From assembly GCA_965203275.1 (NCBI GenBank), contig OZ241865.1, positions 1,184,001 through 1,248,000 of the forward strand: a stretch of DNA of 64,000 bases, read 5' to 3'. This document shows, piece by piece, positions 34,331 to 44,746 of this stretch. This DNA is from Bdellovibrionales bacterium (lineage in GTDB: Bacteria > Bdellovibrionota > Bdellovibrionia > Bdellovibrionales > JAUICD01). The position numbers and the translations under genes were made by a program. Below the pieces are notes generated by a model. The model had not been told where the DNA came from, ran no database searches, and saw nothing but the letters and a program-made list of their open reading frames with translations. Position 1 is the first letter of the stretch. Each line of letters starts with the position of its first letter.

Positions 34331-34842
34331 TAGTATAGACATTGCAAGATTAAGATACAGAAAGAGCTGGTAGTACCCCACCATATCCTAAAATTGCCAG
34401 AGAGTCTGACACGCCCATAGATTCTAGCACTGCCAGAGAGCCGAGCATTGTCATAGACTCTAACATAATCATAGACTTCAGCTTCACCATAAACCCTAGC
34501 ATAATCATAGACTTCAGCTTCACCATAAACCCTAGCATAATCATAGACCAGAGCATAATCATAGACCTTAGCTTCACCATAAACCTGAGCATTGCCCCAA
34601 ACTCTAGCATAGTCAAAAACTTGAGCATTGCCAAAGACCTGAGCATTGTCACAAACAGCAACATGCTCTCCTACATAAGCCGTATTAGCTACATAAGCTG
34701 TATTTGCTACAAACCCGCCACCATTGGCATGGTAACGGCCTTCAACGCCTTCACCACAAGGTGCGTCTGCTAAAGCAAATACACTCAATGACATACTCAA
34801 TAAACACACTATGATCATCACATTTACATTTATAAAATTCAT
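34330..34842 (-). CDS. secreted hexapeptide-repeat (left-handed beta-helix) protein
   Basis: Signal peptide; H.NGGGFVA.TA.V then (VYDYAR/VYGEAE)n. Confidence 0.8.
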   Translation of the reverse strand: MNFINVNVMIIVCLLSMSLSVFALADAPCGEGVEGRYHANGGGFVANTAYVANTAYVGEHVAVCDNAQVFGNAQVFDYARVWGNAQVYGEAKVYDYALVYDYARVYGEAEVYDYARVYGEAEVYDYVRVYDNARLSGSARIYGRVRLSGNFRIWWGTTSSFCILILQCLY

Positions 34843-34865
34843 AAGTTATCCTTCTTATTATTTAT

Positions 34866-34894
34866 TTTATAACAGCATATTTCTGAAAAGTCAA
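34866..34894 (-). promoter_or_regulatory. sigma-70 promoter (copy of 27645-27673)
   Basis: TTGACT-17 nt-TATAAA. Confidence 0.75.
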
Positions 34895-34905
34895 GTCGTA
34901 TTTAT

Positions 34906-35052
34906 TTTCACTAAAAATAAACCAGCCTCTGGCTGTTTTTGGGCAATTAGCCCGACGGCTGTCGCCGTCGATAAAAGGCTGATTGCCTCAAAAATCCGTT
35001 TATTTTTAGTAGGAAGAATCCTCTCGTTTTTTAACTCCATGTTAAGGAAAAT
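34906..35052 (-). repeat. single hairpin repeat unit
   Basis: Complete reverse unit with ACTAAAAATAAAC arms. Confidence 0.9.
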
Positions 35053-35283
35053 TTTCCTTATAAAAAACTATGGAAATATAGGGCTTTTGACTTACTTAAG
35101 GATGTTCCTATCCGCTTTTTTTACTTAATTCTTAAAAACTGCTTGACTTCGGCCCTAAATAAATAAGATATAATTACAAACATTATCAAGGTTTACTTCT
35201 AAAACATAGAAAAAGCCCTTTTAATCAAGGCTTTAACCTTGTATGTACTTTATTGTTATTTAATTTAAAAGGAGGGCCAAACA

Positions 35284-35910
35284 ATGAGAAATTTATTTTT
35301 ATTTTTATCTTTATTTTTATCCATGGTTGCATGTCAAAAGGTTGAAGGAACACAGCTTTATTTTCATGAACCTCTAAATATCCATACGAATTTAATACAT
35401 GCTAGTAAAGATGGAGATATAGAGGATGTAAGGAAATACCTAGAAAATGGTGCTAACGTCAATTATCAAAGTATATATGGCTGGACGGCTTTAATTTGGG
35501 CCAGTTTTGAAGTCCATATAGAAATTGTAAGGTTCTTGCTAGAGGCCGGAGTTGACGTCGATATTCAAAGCAACAAAGGCTGGACGGCTTTAATGTGGGC
35601 TAGCTACTTTGGTAATATTGAGATTGTAAGGTTATTGCTAGAGGCCGGAGCGGATGTCAATATTCAAAGAAAAATTGGCAGACACGTTTTTAGCGATAGG
35701 GCTTTAAATAGCGGTAGGGCTTTAGTTGGCGGTACGGCTTTAGTTGATGCTAGTCGTGGATGCCATATTGAGATTGTAAGGGCATTGCTAGCGGCCGGAG
35801 CTAAAGTCAATATGCCAGACCAAAAAGGCAAGACGGCTTTATGGTCGGCTAATAAAGCAGGCTGTGTTGAGGTTGTAAGGTTATTGCTAGCGGCCGGAGC
35901 TACAGAATAA
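35284..35910 (+). CDS. ankyrin-repeat lipoprotein/secreted protein
   Basis: AGGAGG RBS; signal ..MVAC; canonical ankyrin repeats ending AGATE. Confidence 0.92.
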   Translation: MRNLFLFLSLFLSMVACQKVEGTQLYFHEPLNIHTNLIHASKDGDIEDVRKYLENGANVNYQSIYGWTALIWASFEVHIEIVRFLLEAGVDVDIQSNKGWTALMWASYFGNIEIVRLLLEAGADVNIQRKIGRHVFSDRALNSGRALVGGTALVDASRGCHIEIVRALLAAGAKVNMPDQKGKTALWSANKAGCVEVVRLLLAAGATE

Positions 35911-36043
35911 CTATCTGTTTAATAAGAATATACGGGCCGTAGCAAGCGGCCTTTATACTCCATCATGCTTAAACTTTAAAATTAATCGGCTTTTGAGGTT
36001 ACGCAGAATCTGAGAAAGAATAAAAAAACAAAAAAAGAAACTC

Positions 36044-36215
36044 TTTTTCCTTAACATGTGGTCAAGAGACGAAGGGATCCTCCCCTACTAAAAGTAAACG
36101 GATTTTTGAGGTTGCCAGCATTTGAGAAGGCGATAGCCTTCGGCTGGCAACCAGAAAGTGACCAGAGGTCAGACCACTTTTAGTGAAAATGACGGCTAGT
36201 TTACTTTTAGTGAAA
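36044..36215 (+). repeat. hairpin repeat unit with stacked extra right arm
   Basis: Box at 36049; GAAGGC-GATA-GCCTTC tip; TGACC-AGA-GGTCA. Confidence 0.9.
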
Positions 36216-36363
36216 GAAATAATTTAATAATTACAATGCCTTCGTGGCATCTTAAATTATTCTTGAAAAGTAGCTGGTCTCTTGTTATATACATAGTTTA
36301 TAAATCAATGAAACAAAGAATTAAAAAGTTTTTACTACTTTACAAGTACAAGAGATTTTTACT

Positions 36364-37533
36364 ATGAGTGTCAGAGTTAAAATTAACCCAGAACTTTTAC
36401 AGTGGGCTTGTCAGCGAGCTGGCCTCAAAATTAAAGATCTAGGCCAAAAAGCATCTTTTAAAAAATTACCTGAATGGGAAAAAGGCACAACTCAACCCAC
36501 ATTTAAACAAATAGAAGCTTTTGCTAAAGCTACCTATGTACCCGTTGGATATTTGTTTCTTAAAAAACCACCTCTCAGAGAAGAAGTGCCTGTGCCTGAT
36601 TTACGTACTATAAAAAACAAATCAGTCATGCGTCCTAGCCCTCATTTGCTTAGTACAATCTATTTACATCAACAAAGGCAATATTGGTATCAGAAATTTT
36701 TAGCCTCTGCAGGTTATAAACCTTTAAAATTTATCGGCTCTGCCAGGATAAAAGATTCTATTGAAAAAACAGCCACGATGATGCGTCAAACTTTGAAATT
36801 TGATCTTAAAGCACGGGAAGACACTCCCACATGGGAAGAAGCTTTAACCTTATTTGTAAAACAAATGGATGATATTGGTATTTTAGTCATGATCAATGGT
36901 GTGGTAGGCAATGATTCTTCTCGTAAACTTGATGTGAAAGAATTTAGAGGATTTGCCTTAAGTGATCACCTAGCACCATTGGTATTTATTAATGGCCAAG
37001 ATTTCAAGTCTGCTCAAATGTTTACCTTAGCCCATGAAATGGCACATATTTGGCTTGGTAAAAGTTCTTTAAATAATACTACTTTAGATAGTCATCCAAA
37101 CCAAGAAATCGAAGTTTGGTGCAATAAAGTAGCTGCAGAATTTCTAGTTCCGCTAAAGGCTCTTAAAAAAGAAAATATTAAAAGTCATCCTCTCGAATCT
37201 GTACCTCAACTCAGTAAGAGGTATAAGACAAGCCATTTAGTCATAATACGTAGATTATTTGATGCTAAATATATCACAAGAGAAGCATTTGATAAAGCTT
37301 ATACTCAACGGCTCAGTCAATTGGGAAATCAAATGAAATTGAAAAATAAAAACCAAAAAGGTGGTGGTGATTTTTATCAAACAATGAACAAACGAGTAGG
37401 TCAACGTTTTATGCATAATTTAGTAACGTCTACACTAGAAGGAAATACTTTATTCACAGAAGCATTTGATTTACTTAATATCACAAGCACTTCTACTTTT
37501 ATGAAAATTGCAAAGAAACTAGGATTAGAATAA
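36364..37533 (+). CDS. HTH-ImmA/IrrE-family metallopeptidase
   Basis: N-terminal XRE-like HTH; EFRGFAL, FINGQD..SAQMFTLAHEMAHIW, E.WCN.VAAEFLVP. Confidence 0.9.
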   Translation: MSVRVKINPELLQWACQRAGLKIKDLGQKASFKKLPEWEKGTTQPTFKQIEAFAKATYVPVGYLFLKKPPLREEVPVPDLRTIKNKSVMRPSPHLLSTIYLHQQRQYWYQKFLASAGYKPLKFIGSARIKDSIEKTATMMRQTLKFDLKAREDTPTWEEALTLFVKQMDDIGILVMINGVVGNDSSRKLDVKEFRGFALSDHLAPLVFINGQDFKSAQMFTLAHEMAHIWLGKSSLNNTTLDSHPNQEIEVWCNKVAAEFLVPLKALKKENIKSHPLESVPQLSKRYKTSHLVIIRRLFDAKYITREAFDKAYTQRLSQLGNQMKLKNKNQKGGGDFYQTMNKRVGQRFMHNLVTSTLEGNTLFTEAFDLLNITSTSTFMKIAKKLGLE

Positions 37534-37534
37534 A

Positions 37535-37735
37535 ATGACTTATTTAATAGACACCAATGTCTTTATTGATGCAAAAAACCGCTTTTATGGATTTGATATT
37601 TGCCCTGCTTTTTGGGATTGGCTTGTTTTAAAAAACAAAGAAGGAGTACTCTTCAGCATTGAAAAAGTCAGAGATGAAATAAATAAAGAGGAAGATCAAC
37701 TATTTAAATGGATAAAAACTGAAGGGAAAAGATGA
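37535..37735 (+). pseudogene. DUF4411 (PIN-like) protein truncated by repeat cluster
   Basis: YLIDTNVFIDAKN.FYGFDICPAFWDWL; ends at 66 aa where repeat sequence begins. Confidence 0.8.
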
Positions 37736-38033
37736 AGAGATCCTCCTTACTAAAAGTAAACGGACTTTTGAGGTTGCCAGCAGGTGATGAAAGAACTTTT
37801 TCCTTAACATGCTGTTAAGAAACGAAGGGATCCTCCTTACTAAAAGTAAACGGACTTTTGAGGTTGCCAGCAGGTGATGAAAGAACTTTTTCCTTAACAT
37901 AATGTTAAAAAATGAGGACATCCTCCTTCCTAAAATTGAACAGGCTTTTGAGGCAGTTAGCCTTTGATCGACGGCGGTAGCCGTCGGGCTAACTGCCCAA
38001 AAGTAGCCAGAGGCTAGTTCAATTTTAGGGAAA
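37730..38033 (+). repeat. hairpin repeat cluster with 90-bp-period duplication
   Basis: 37739-37810 duplicated at 37829-37900; complete unit ~37890-38033. Confidence 0.9.
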
Positions 38034-39033
38034 TAGACCTGAAAGCTTTTGTAATTAAAGGGAGTATTTCAAGTGCATCACCACAAATACCATAAGTAGC
38101 TTTTTTAAAGATAGCTGCCTCAGAGTTTTTATTAACAGCTACAATGACTCGGCTAGAACTCATGCCTGCTAAATGTTGAATGGCTCCAGAAATACCAAAT
38201 GCTATGTAAAGATGAGGTGAGACAGTTTTGCCTGTTTGACCTACCTGCATGGAATGATCAACCCATCCATCATCTACAACAGCTCTTGAAGCCCCTACAC
38301 TAGCCCCTATCACGTCAGCTAGTTCTTCTAATAATTTAAAATTTTCTGCTTTTTGTAACCCTCGACCTCCAGAGACAATAATATTAGCTTGAGTTAAATC
38401 AGGACGCTTCATATCAGACTGAACAGTCTTTTTAAAAATAATCTTTGAAGAAATATTTAAAGGTTCTATTTGTTGCACTTGAGGTTGATCTGTACTGTGA
38501 GGTTCCGGTACCGGAAACTGATGAGGTCTCATCACAGCTATTTTAACCTTTCTTTTAAGGTCTAATCTAGCAGAACACTTACCCGCATATAAAGGTTTCC
38601 TTACCCATAAAGTACCATCTTTTACACCTAAATCTATAGCGTCATTGGCAAAACTAGCATCAGCTAAAGCAGCTACCCTAGGAAATAAATCTTTAGCAGT
38701 AGAAGTTCCTGAAGCTAAAATCAAATCAGCATTGGTTTCTTTTATTATTTTTTGCATGACTTCTGATAAAATCTCAGGATTATAGTAGGTCAAGCTAGGA
38801 TCATTATAAAAAATAACCTTTTCGACACCGTAACCACTGAGTACTTTTGTGATCTGATCATGATCTTCATTATGATGTGTGGCAACAAAGGCAATAGGTT
38901 TGGCATCTATTGTTTTGACCAAAGAGAAAAGTTCTAAAGAAACTGGTTTAATCACCTGTTTTGATTCCCCTAAAGGGGTAGAATGACTTTCTATAAAAAT
39001 TAAAACTTTATTCATATAAAACTCCTTTAACAC
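38014..39033 (-). CDS. etfA: electron transfer flavoprotein alpha subunit
   Basis: IIVSGGRG, GASRAVVD.GW, QVGQTGK.V.P.LYIA.GISGAIQHLAGM; start may be 39015. Confidence 0.95.
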   Translation of the reverse strand: MLKEFYMNKVLIFIESHSTPLGESKQVIKPVSLELFSLVKTIDAKPIAFVATHHNEDHDQITKVLSGYGVEKVIFYNDPSLTYYNPEILSEVMQKIIKETNADLILASGTSTAKDLFPRVAALADASFANDAIDLGVKDGTLWVRKPLYAGKCSARLDLKRKVKIAVMRPHQFPVPEPHSTDQPQVQQIEPLNISSKIIFKKTVQSDMKRPDLTQANIIVSGGRGLQKAENFKLLEELADVIGASVGASRAVVDDGWVDHSMQVGQTGKTVSPHLYIAFGISGAIQHLAGMSSSRVIVAVNKNSEAAIFKKATYGICGDALEILPLITKAFRSISLKLN

Positions 39034-39068
39034 AGTCTATTAAATGATCTTGAACTGTTTTTATTGAC

Positions 39069-40784
39069 TTAGTCAAAAAAGAACTTTTTAAGGAAAGTTT
39101 TGGTTTTTTGGTAAAAAGTTTTTTTAGATGAACGACGTATAATTTTATGAGATGTTTTTTTACGAGAGTCTTTTTTTTGTGCAGTAGTATAAGTTTTCTT
39201 TCTCTTGTTAGAGATGCCTTGCTTATGTCTGCCTAAAACACGATCTCTATGAACACCCTGTTTTTGATAAGATGATCTTCTTGTTGACATACTTTGTCCT
39301 TGTGATGATGATTTGCGTTTATATTTTTCTTCTTCTGATGTTTTTTTGCCCTTTCCCTTTTGAGAAGTACCCTCTAAGCTTTCAGAAGCAACATTAGGTA
39401 AAGCTGTGTAATGATCAGGAAATGCTTTAAAATCTTGTATGATCTCATCATCTTCTAGCCAACCTACTGTTACTTTATTCTTAAGGTAATTTTCAATTCT
39501 CATAAGAGATTCTATATCTTTTTCACTAGCTAAACTAATAGCCTGCCCTGCCCTGCCTGCCCTGCCTGTTCTTCCCATGCGATGAACGTAATTTTCTGGA
39601 TATTCAGGAAGATCAAAATTGACGACAAGGTCTACTTCTTTAATATCTAAACCTCTAGCAGCCACATCAGTAGCCACTAAAATGCTTTGTTTTTGTGCTG
39701 ATTTAAAATGCTCTATAACTTGTTTCCTTTGATTTTGAGGTAAAAGGCTAGACATGCCCACTGTTTGATAACCATTTTCATTTAAAAAGTGTACAATCCG
39801 ACCAATATGATTTTTAAAATTACTAAAGACAATAGCTTGCTTAGGTTGAAATTTTTTAAAAATAGATAGTAGATACTGAGGTTTTTCTTCTGTACCAATA
39901 TGATAAACTTGGTCGTCAATGTTTTCTGCTTTAACATCATCACGGCTAAAATTAAATTCTATGGGATTAGCTCCAAATTGATAGACCATTTGATTGACAT
40001 CAAAGTTCAATGTAGCACTAAAGAGTAAAATTTGACGAGTCTTAGACATGCGATAGAGCAAGAACTGCATATCATCTTTAAAACCCATATCAAACATTCT
40101 GTCTGCTTCATCAAAGACAACCCCACAGCATTGTTTAAGATCTATAAAATGTTGTTTGTAAAGGTCAATTAATCGACCTGGCGTGCTGACAATAAATTCA
40201 AAAGGAGAAGTCAATTGCTCTTTTTGTGTTTCGTATCCCGAACCTCCATAGATTAAGACTGATCTGATTTGAGTATCTCCTTTTAACCTTTGAATATCTT
40301 CGTGGACCTGTTGTGCTAACTCTCTTGTAGGGACCATAATCAAGATAAAATGCCCCTTTTTCCAGTGAGGATAAACTCTTTGAAGAAGTTGATCTTGAAT
40401 ATCTTTATCAGGAGCTTGATCTGGAGATGTTTGAGAAGCTTTATTTTGTTCTACCTGAGGTCCTATTTGAGGTTCTATCTGGGATTCTATTTGGGGTTCT
40501 GCCCGAGGTTCTGCCCGAGGTTCTATTTGAGGCTTATCCTTAGAAGTATCATCTTTATCATCTGTACGGTCATAAATATTATGAACAGACAAAAAAACTC
40601 TTTCAATCAAAGGGATCAAAAAGGCTGCTGTCTTACCTGTCCCTGTTTGAGATAATCCATAAACATCTTTACCTTCTAAAATTAAAGGGATTATAGCTTC
40701 TTGAACAGGTGTACATTCTTTAAAGTCAGAAGATCGAATGCCACTTAAAACTTCTTCTGATAAACTCAACTCTTCAAACTTCAT
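39069..40784 (-). CDS. DEAD-box RNA helicase (RhlB-like)
   Basis: Q motif, TGTGKT, PTRELA, DEADRM, SAT, HRMGRTGR; basic C-tail. Confidence 0.93.
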   Translation of the reverse strand: MKFEELSLSEEVLSGIRSSDFKECTPVQEAIIPLILEGKDVYGLSQTGTGKTAAFLIPLIERVFLSVHNIYDRTDDKDDTSKDKPQIEPRAEPRAEPQIESQIEPQIGPQVEQNKASQTSPDQAPDKDIQDQLLQRVYPHWKKGHFILIMVPTRELAQQVHEDIQRLKGDTQIRSVLIYGGSGYETQKEQLTSPFEFIVSTPGRLIDLYKQHFIDLKQCCGVVFDEADRMFDMGFKDDMQFLLYRMSKTRQILLFSATLNFDVNQMVYQFGANPIEFNFSRDDVKAENIDDQVYHIGTEEKPQYLLSIFKKFQPKQAIVFSNFKNHIGRIVHFLNENGYQTVGMSSLLPQNQRKQVIEHFKSAQKQSILVATDVAARGLDIKEVDLVVNFDLPEYPENYVHRMGRTGRAGRAGQAISLASEKDIESLMRIENYLKNKVTVGWLEDDEIIQDFKAFPDHYTALPNVASESLEGTSQKGKGKKTSEEEKYKRKSSSQGQSMSTRRSSYQKQGVHRDRVLGRHKQGISNKRKKTYTTAQKKDSRKKTSHKIIRRSSKKTFYQKTKTFLKKFFFD

Positions 40785-41003
40785 AATCTACCTCTGATTT
40801 TTAGATTGTGATTGTGTTTATATTTTAGAATTTTAAGAAAAAAAGACTATCTTTGTTTATAACTCTAAGATTTTTAATTGTCAAAAGATAAAATAATGTT
40901 TGTGTGTATACGGCTAACAAATGGTGTTGTGACATAAATAATATACAACAAAGAGTAAAATGAATAGTCATTTAATTTCTTTTGTATTAAAGTACACCTT
41001 AAT

Positions 41004-42275
41004 ATGAATGGAAAAATACCTATTGATTCAAGTTTACAAAAGCAGTTACTTATTGTAGCTCTTTACGGACGGGGACATTGGCTAGCCTCTGAATGCCAAA
41101 AAATGGGTTATGATGTAGCTCTATTAGATCTGACACATTTGATCAATGATTGGTCTGTAGAGGATCAAGAAGGGCCTTTTGGAGTATTTGCTTCTAAGCA
41201 ACATACATCTTCTCAGATGGCTCGTTTGACGGATGAAGGCCCCTTGATTTTAAGTGATCGAGGATATGTGATTTGGTTAAAATCAGGGCCACTGGAACTA
41301 AAAGGCCCCTTAGGGGATTTTCAGCTTCAAAATGCTTGTATCTCTGACAAAGTGATTGAGTATTTGCGTTTTGCAGAAAGTTTATCTGCATCTGAAAGGT
41401 CAGGTTTTTTATCTCACATCAAGAAATTATCATTTGAAGAAAATTGGCTTGCTCATTTAGCTCATCAGATCAGTGCATCGACCTTAATGGAAAACACAAG
41501 AGGTCTTACCTTTGGTAAAGTCATTCCTTTGATGAACTCTTTTTATCATAGAAGCTTTCATAAGACTAGCCTTCACAAAACTGTTTTTCATAAAAAAGCA
41601 TATCAAGAAGACTCTTCTTTGTTTTTGTCCGCAGTTAAAAAGAGGTTACATTTAGATGTAAATCAATCTTTTCTTGAGGTTCAATATCAAAAAAACAAAC
41701 GCATTAAAGCTCAACAGGTCATTTGGATGTTGTCCTCTTGTGAAACAGAATTTTACTTTAAAGAGAGTGCTAGTGTGTTATTTCCAAAGGGGGTGATTAC
41801 CCCCGAATGTTATTGGACAAGATATCGCATGCGTTTTGAGAAAGCTCTTGCTTTAGAATCTTTGCCGGGTCATTTTGTAATGATAGAAGATATTTATTTG
41901 CCTTGGATGCATGACAATTTAAGTTTTGTACAGAGACAAGCCTTAGATATTATAGATGTTTGGATTAGATTGCCTTATACACAAAGAGGAGAGAAGGATT
42001 ATGTTCAACATTATGGTCAATGTGTGCAGAAGCAACTAGAGGAGAAAATTCCTGGTTGTGTTTTGAGTATTCAGGATTGGCCGAAGGATGTGCAAACAAA
42101 TCCAGAAGTTCTAGGGCCAAGTGTATTTGGTGTGTATAACCTCAAGGAGAGACATAATTTAGAGAGGTCTAGTTTAAAAAACATGATTTTTGAAGGGCCA
42201 GAAATATGGACTTCTTTAAGTTGGAATGGTCAATTCAGATCATGTCAAAAAACTTTACAAAAGATGATCCATTGA
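41004..42275 (+). CDS. hypothetical protein
   Basis: 423-aa open frame; possible degenerate Rossmann-like start; no confident family. Confidence 0.65.
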   Translation: MNGKIPIDSSLQKQLLIVALYGRGHWLASECQKMGYDVALLDLTHLINDWSVEDQEGPFGVFASKQHTSSQMARLTDEGPLILSDRGYVIWLKSGPLELKGPLGDFQLQNACISDKVIEYLRFAESLSASERSGFLSHIKKLSFEENWLAHLAHQISASTLMENTRGLTFGKVIPLMNSFYHRSFHKTSLHKTVFHKKAYQEDSSLFLSAVKKRLHLDVNQSFLEVQYQKNKRIKAQQVIWMLSSCETEFYFKESASVLFPKGVITPECYWTRYRMRFEKALALESLPGHFVMIEDIYLPWMHDNLSFVQRQALDIIDVWIRLPYTQRGEKDYVQHYGQCVQKQLEEKIPGCVLSIQDWPKDVQTNPEVLGPSVFGVYNLKERHNLERSSLKNMIFEGPEIWTSLSWNGQFRSCQKTLQKMIH

Positions 42276-42378
42276 CTTTTAGCTTAAAAAAGCTCAAACT
42301 AGGGAAATATTAAAAACATAAATATATCTATACTTCAGATGAAAGACTCGTCTTGTTTAAACCTATAAAATTTATATT

Positions 42379-43317
42379 TTGGGGTATGAACTAAAGTCAG
42401 AAGGGATTGCAAGGATGCTCCTAAAACAAAATATGTTTCAAAAAATACTGATTTTAATTTTTGTATTTCACTTGATCATAAGTTGCACCACTCCTCCACT
42501 TGTACAAACTCCAGAGCAAACACCACAAAAAGCATCACCAGAAAGACCTCCTTTAAAGCCTCCAAAGATAGGTTTAGTTTTAGGCCCAGGAGGTCTAAGA
42601 TCATTTGCTCATCTAGGAGTGATCAAAGAGTTAGAGCGTCATAAAATTCCTATCTCTGCTGTTGTAGGCATAGGATGGGGAGCTTTAATTGCTGGACTTT
42701 ATGCTACTAAAGGTACATCACATCACGTAGAATGGCAACTTTCTAAACTGAAACAAGAGCATGTTAGTAATAAGAGTTTCTTCCAGCTACAAAAGAAAAT
42801 GGCACAAGTGAGTCGAATGCAATCCTATCTAAAAGACATCTTTTCTCAAACTTCTCAAACAACTTTGCCTTTTGCCTGTCCTACAAAATCTTTACAAACA
42901 GAAAGACAATATCTTTTAAATAAAGGTCGGTTACAAAACCGACTGGAGAAATGCTTACCGATTCCACCAATATTTGCTCCTTATAGAGGATGGACTGCTT
43001 ATTTTTTAGGATTTTCTACAATCCAAAAATGGATGACATCTCTAGGGATTAATATGATCATCTATGTTGATCTTTTAGCAAAATCTCGGATGGCTAGGTG
43101 GCCTCTAGCACAAAAACCGACTATTCAAATATTATGGAATCAAATAAGGTCATTGGGTATGATGGATGCTACTACTTTAAAATATAAGGTTTACATAGAT
43201 ATACCCCAAAAATATAAAGGGTTGTTAGATTTTGCATCTCGAAATCATTATGCCATAATAGGACAAAAAGCTGGCAGACAGCTTGCCCAAAAACTTGCTC
43301 AAGAATATGGATTTTAA
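42379..43317 (+). CDS. patatin-like lipoprotein, probably lacking the catalytic Ser
   Basis: GLVLGPGGLRSFAHLGV; GIGWG in place of GxSxG; lipobox IISC (true start likely slightly downstream). Confidence 0.8.
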   Translation: MGYELKSEGIARMLLKQNMFQKILILIFVFHLIISCTTPPLVQTPEQTPQKASPERPPLKPPKIGLVLGPGGLRSFAHLGVIKELERHKIPISAVVGIGWGALIAGLYATKGTSHHVEWQLSKLKQEHVSNKSFFQLQKKMAQVSRMQSYLKDIFSQTSQTTLPFACPTKSLQTERQYLLNKGRLQNRLEKCLPIPPIFAPYRGWTAYFLGFSTIQKWMTSLGINMIIYVDLLAKSRMARWPLAQKPTIQILWNQIRSLGMMDATTLKYKVYIDIPQKYKGLLDFASRNHYAIIGQKAGRQLAQKLAQEYGF

Positions 43318-43328
43318 GGAGATACTTT

Positions 43329-44630
43329 ATGGATATATTCAAACAACGTAGGGAAAACCTCAAAACACTCTTAGGCGATGGAACTTTGATTTTAAGAGGC
43401 AAACATGAAGTGCCTCGCAACAATGATGTATTTTATCCATTTCGACAAGATAGCAATTTCTTTTACTTAACTGGATTTGATGAGCCAGATGCTGTGTTGA
43501 TTTTTCAACCTCACAGAAAACCAGAGACCACATTATTTGTAAGACCTAAAAATGCAGAAAAAGAAATGTGGGATGGCTTCCTTTATGGGCCTGAAGGTGC
43601 TTGTAAGTCTTTTGGAATAGATGTTGCCTATAACCTTGATCAATTAGAAGAAAAACTTCCAACACTTTTAAAAGGCTTATCTTCTATCTACTATCGCTGG
43701 GGTGAAAATGAATCTTTTGATAGGATGTTAAAGAAAGTTTTTATTAATATTCAAAAAAAACAAGGTCGCTTAGGTAAGGGCTTTCCATCTTTATTAGACT
43801 ATTGGGAAATCTTAGGAGAACAAAGGATTATCAAGACAGATCAAGAAATAACACACTTAAAAAAAGCTTGCGAAATTTCAGCAGATGCCCATATTCATGC
43901 CATGAGATTTATAGCTCCAGGGGTTTCAGAAAGACAAATTGAAGCTGTTTTAGAATACACAGTTAAAAAAGCAGAATCTCCTAGGTGGGGTTATCCTCCT
44001 ATTGTGGCTTCTGGTCCTAATGCTTGTACTCTCCATTACCAGTCCAATGATCAAATTTGCCATGATGGAGATTTGCTTTTGATTGATGCAGGAGCAGAAT
44101 GGAATTATTATACAGCTGATATCACTCGTACCTTCCCTGTCAATGGTCGATTTACAGATATACAAAAGGACTTTTATCAAAGCATTTTGGAAGTTCAAAA
44201 GGCTCTTATTGATAAAGCATGTCCAGGGATGACTTTTAAAGGGTTACAAGATGAAGCCATTAAAGGATTATCACAGGTTTTATTGCATTGGAAAATCTTA
44301 AGTGGTGATCAAGATGAGGTGATAGAAAAAAGACTTTATAAAAAATACTATCCCCACGGAGTAGGGCATTTTTTAGGAATGGATGTGCATGATATAGGAC
44401 TTTATGAAAAAAATGGCAAGCCAAGACCTCTTCAAGCAGGGATGTGTCTCACCATAGAGCCAGGGCTTTATATTCCAAAGGCAGATCTATCAGCTCCTTT
44501 AGCTTTGAGAGGTCTAGGAATACGCATTGAAGATGATATTTTAATTTGTGAAAAAGGCTGTGAAGTGCTATCCTACAAAGCCCCTAAAGAAGTCTCTGAT
44601 ATTGAGGCTATTGCAGGTCAAAAGCCTTGA
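43329..44630 (+). CDS. pepP: Xaa-Pro aminopeptidase
   Basis: FRQDSNFFYLTGF.EP, DAG.E...Y.ADITRT, HGVGH.LGMDVHD, TIEPGLY, GIRIEDD. Confidence 0.95.
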   Translation: MDIFKQRRENLKTLLGDGTLILRGKHEVPRNNDVFYPFRQDSNFFYLTGFDEPDAVLIFQPHRKPETTLFVRPKNAEKEMWDGFLYGPEGACKSFGIDVAYNLDQLEEKLPTLLKGLSSIYYRWGENESFDRMLKKVFINIQKKQGRLGKGFPSLLDYWEILGEQRIIKTDQEITHLKKACEISADAHIHAMRFIAPGVSERQIEAVLEYTVKKAESPRWGYPPIVASGPNACTLHYQSNDQICHDGDLLLIDAGAEWNYYTADITRTFPVNGRFTDIQKDFYQSILEVQKALIDKACPGMTFKGLQDEAIKGLSQVLLHWKILSGDQDEVIEKRLYKKYYPHGVGHFLGMDVHDIGLYEKNGKPRPLQAGMCLTIEPGLYIPKADLSAPLALRGLGIRIEDDILICEKGCEVLSYKAPKEVSDIEAIAGQKP

Positions 44631-44724
44631 TAGTATCAAATGATACTATCAAATGATACTATCAAATGATACTATCAAATGATACTATCAAATGATACTA
44701 TCAAATGATACTATCAAATGATAC
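44628..44724. repeat. 13-bp tandem repeat (TGATACTATCAAA) x7.5
   Basis: Read directly; each unit contains the palindrome TGATA-N-TATCA. Confidence 0.95.
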
Positions 44725-44746
44725 AACAATATGATAGACTATCATT

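Noticed and set aside
34350..34664. Alternative-frame MIMLGFMVKL repeat ORF (and 15454-15744)
   Set aside because: Shadow frames of tandem-repeat genes
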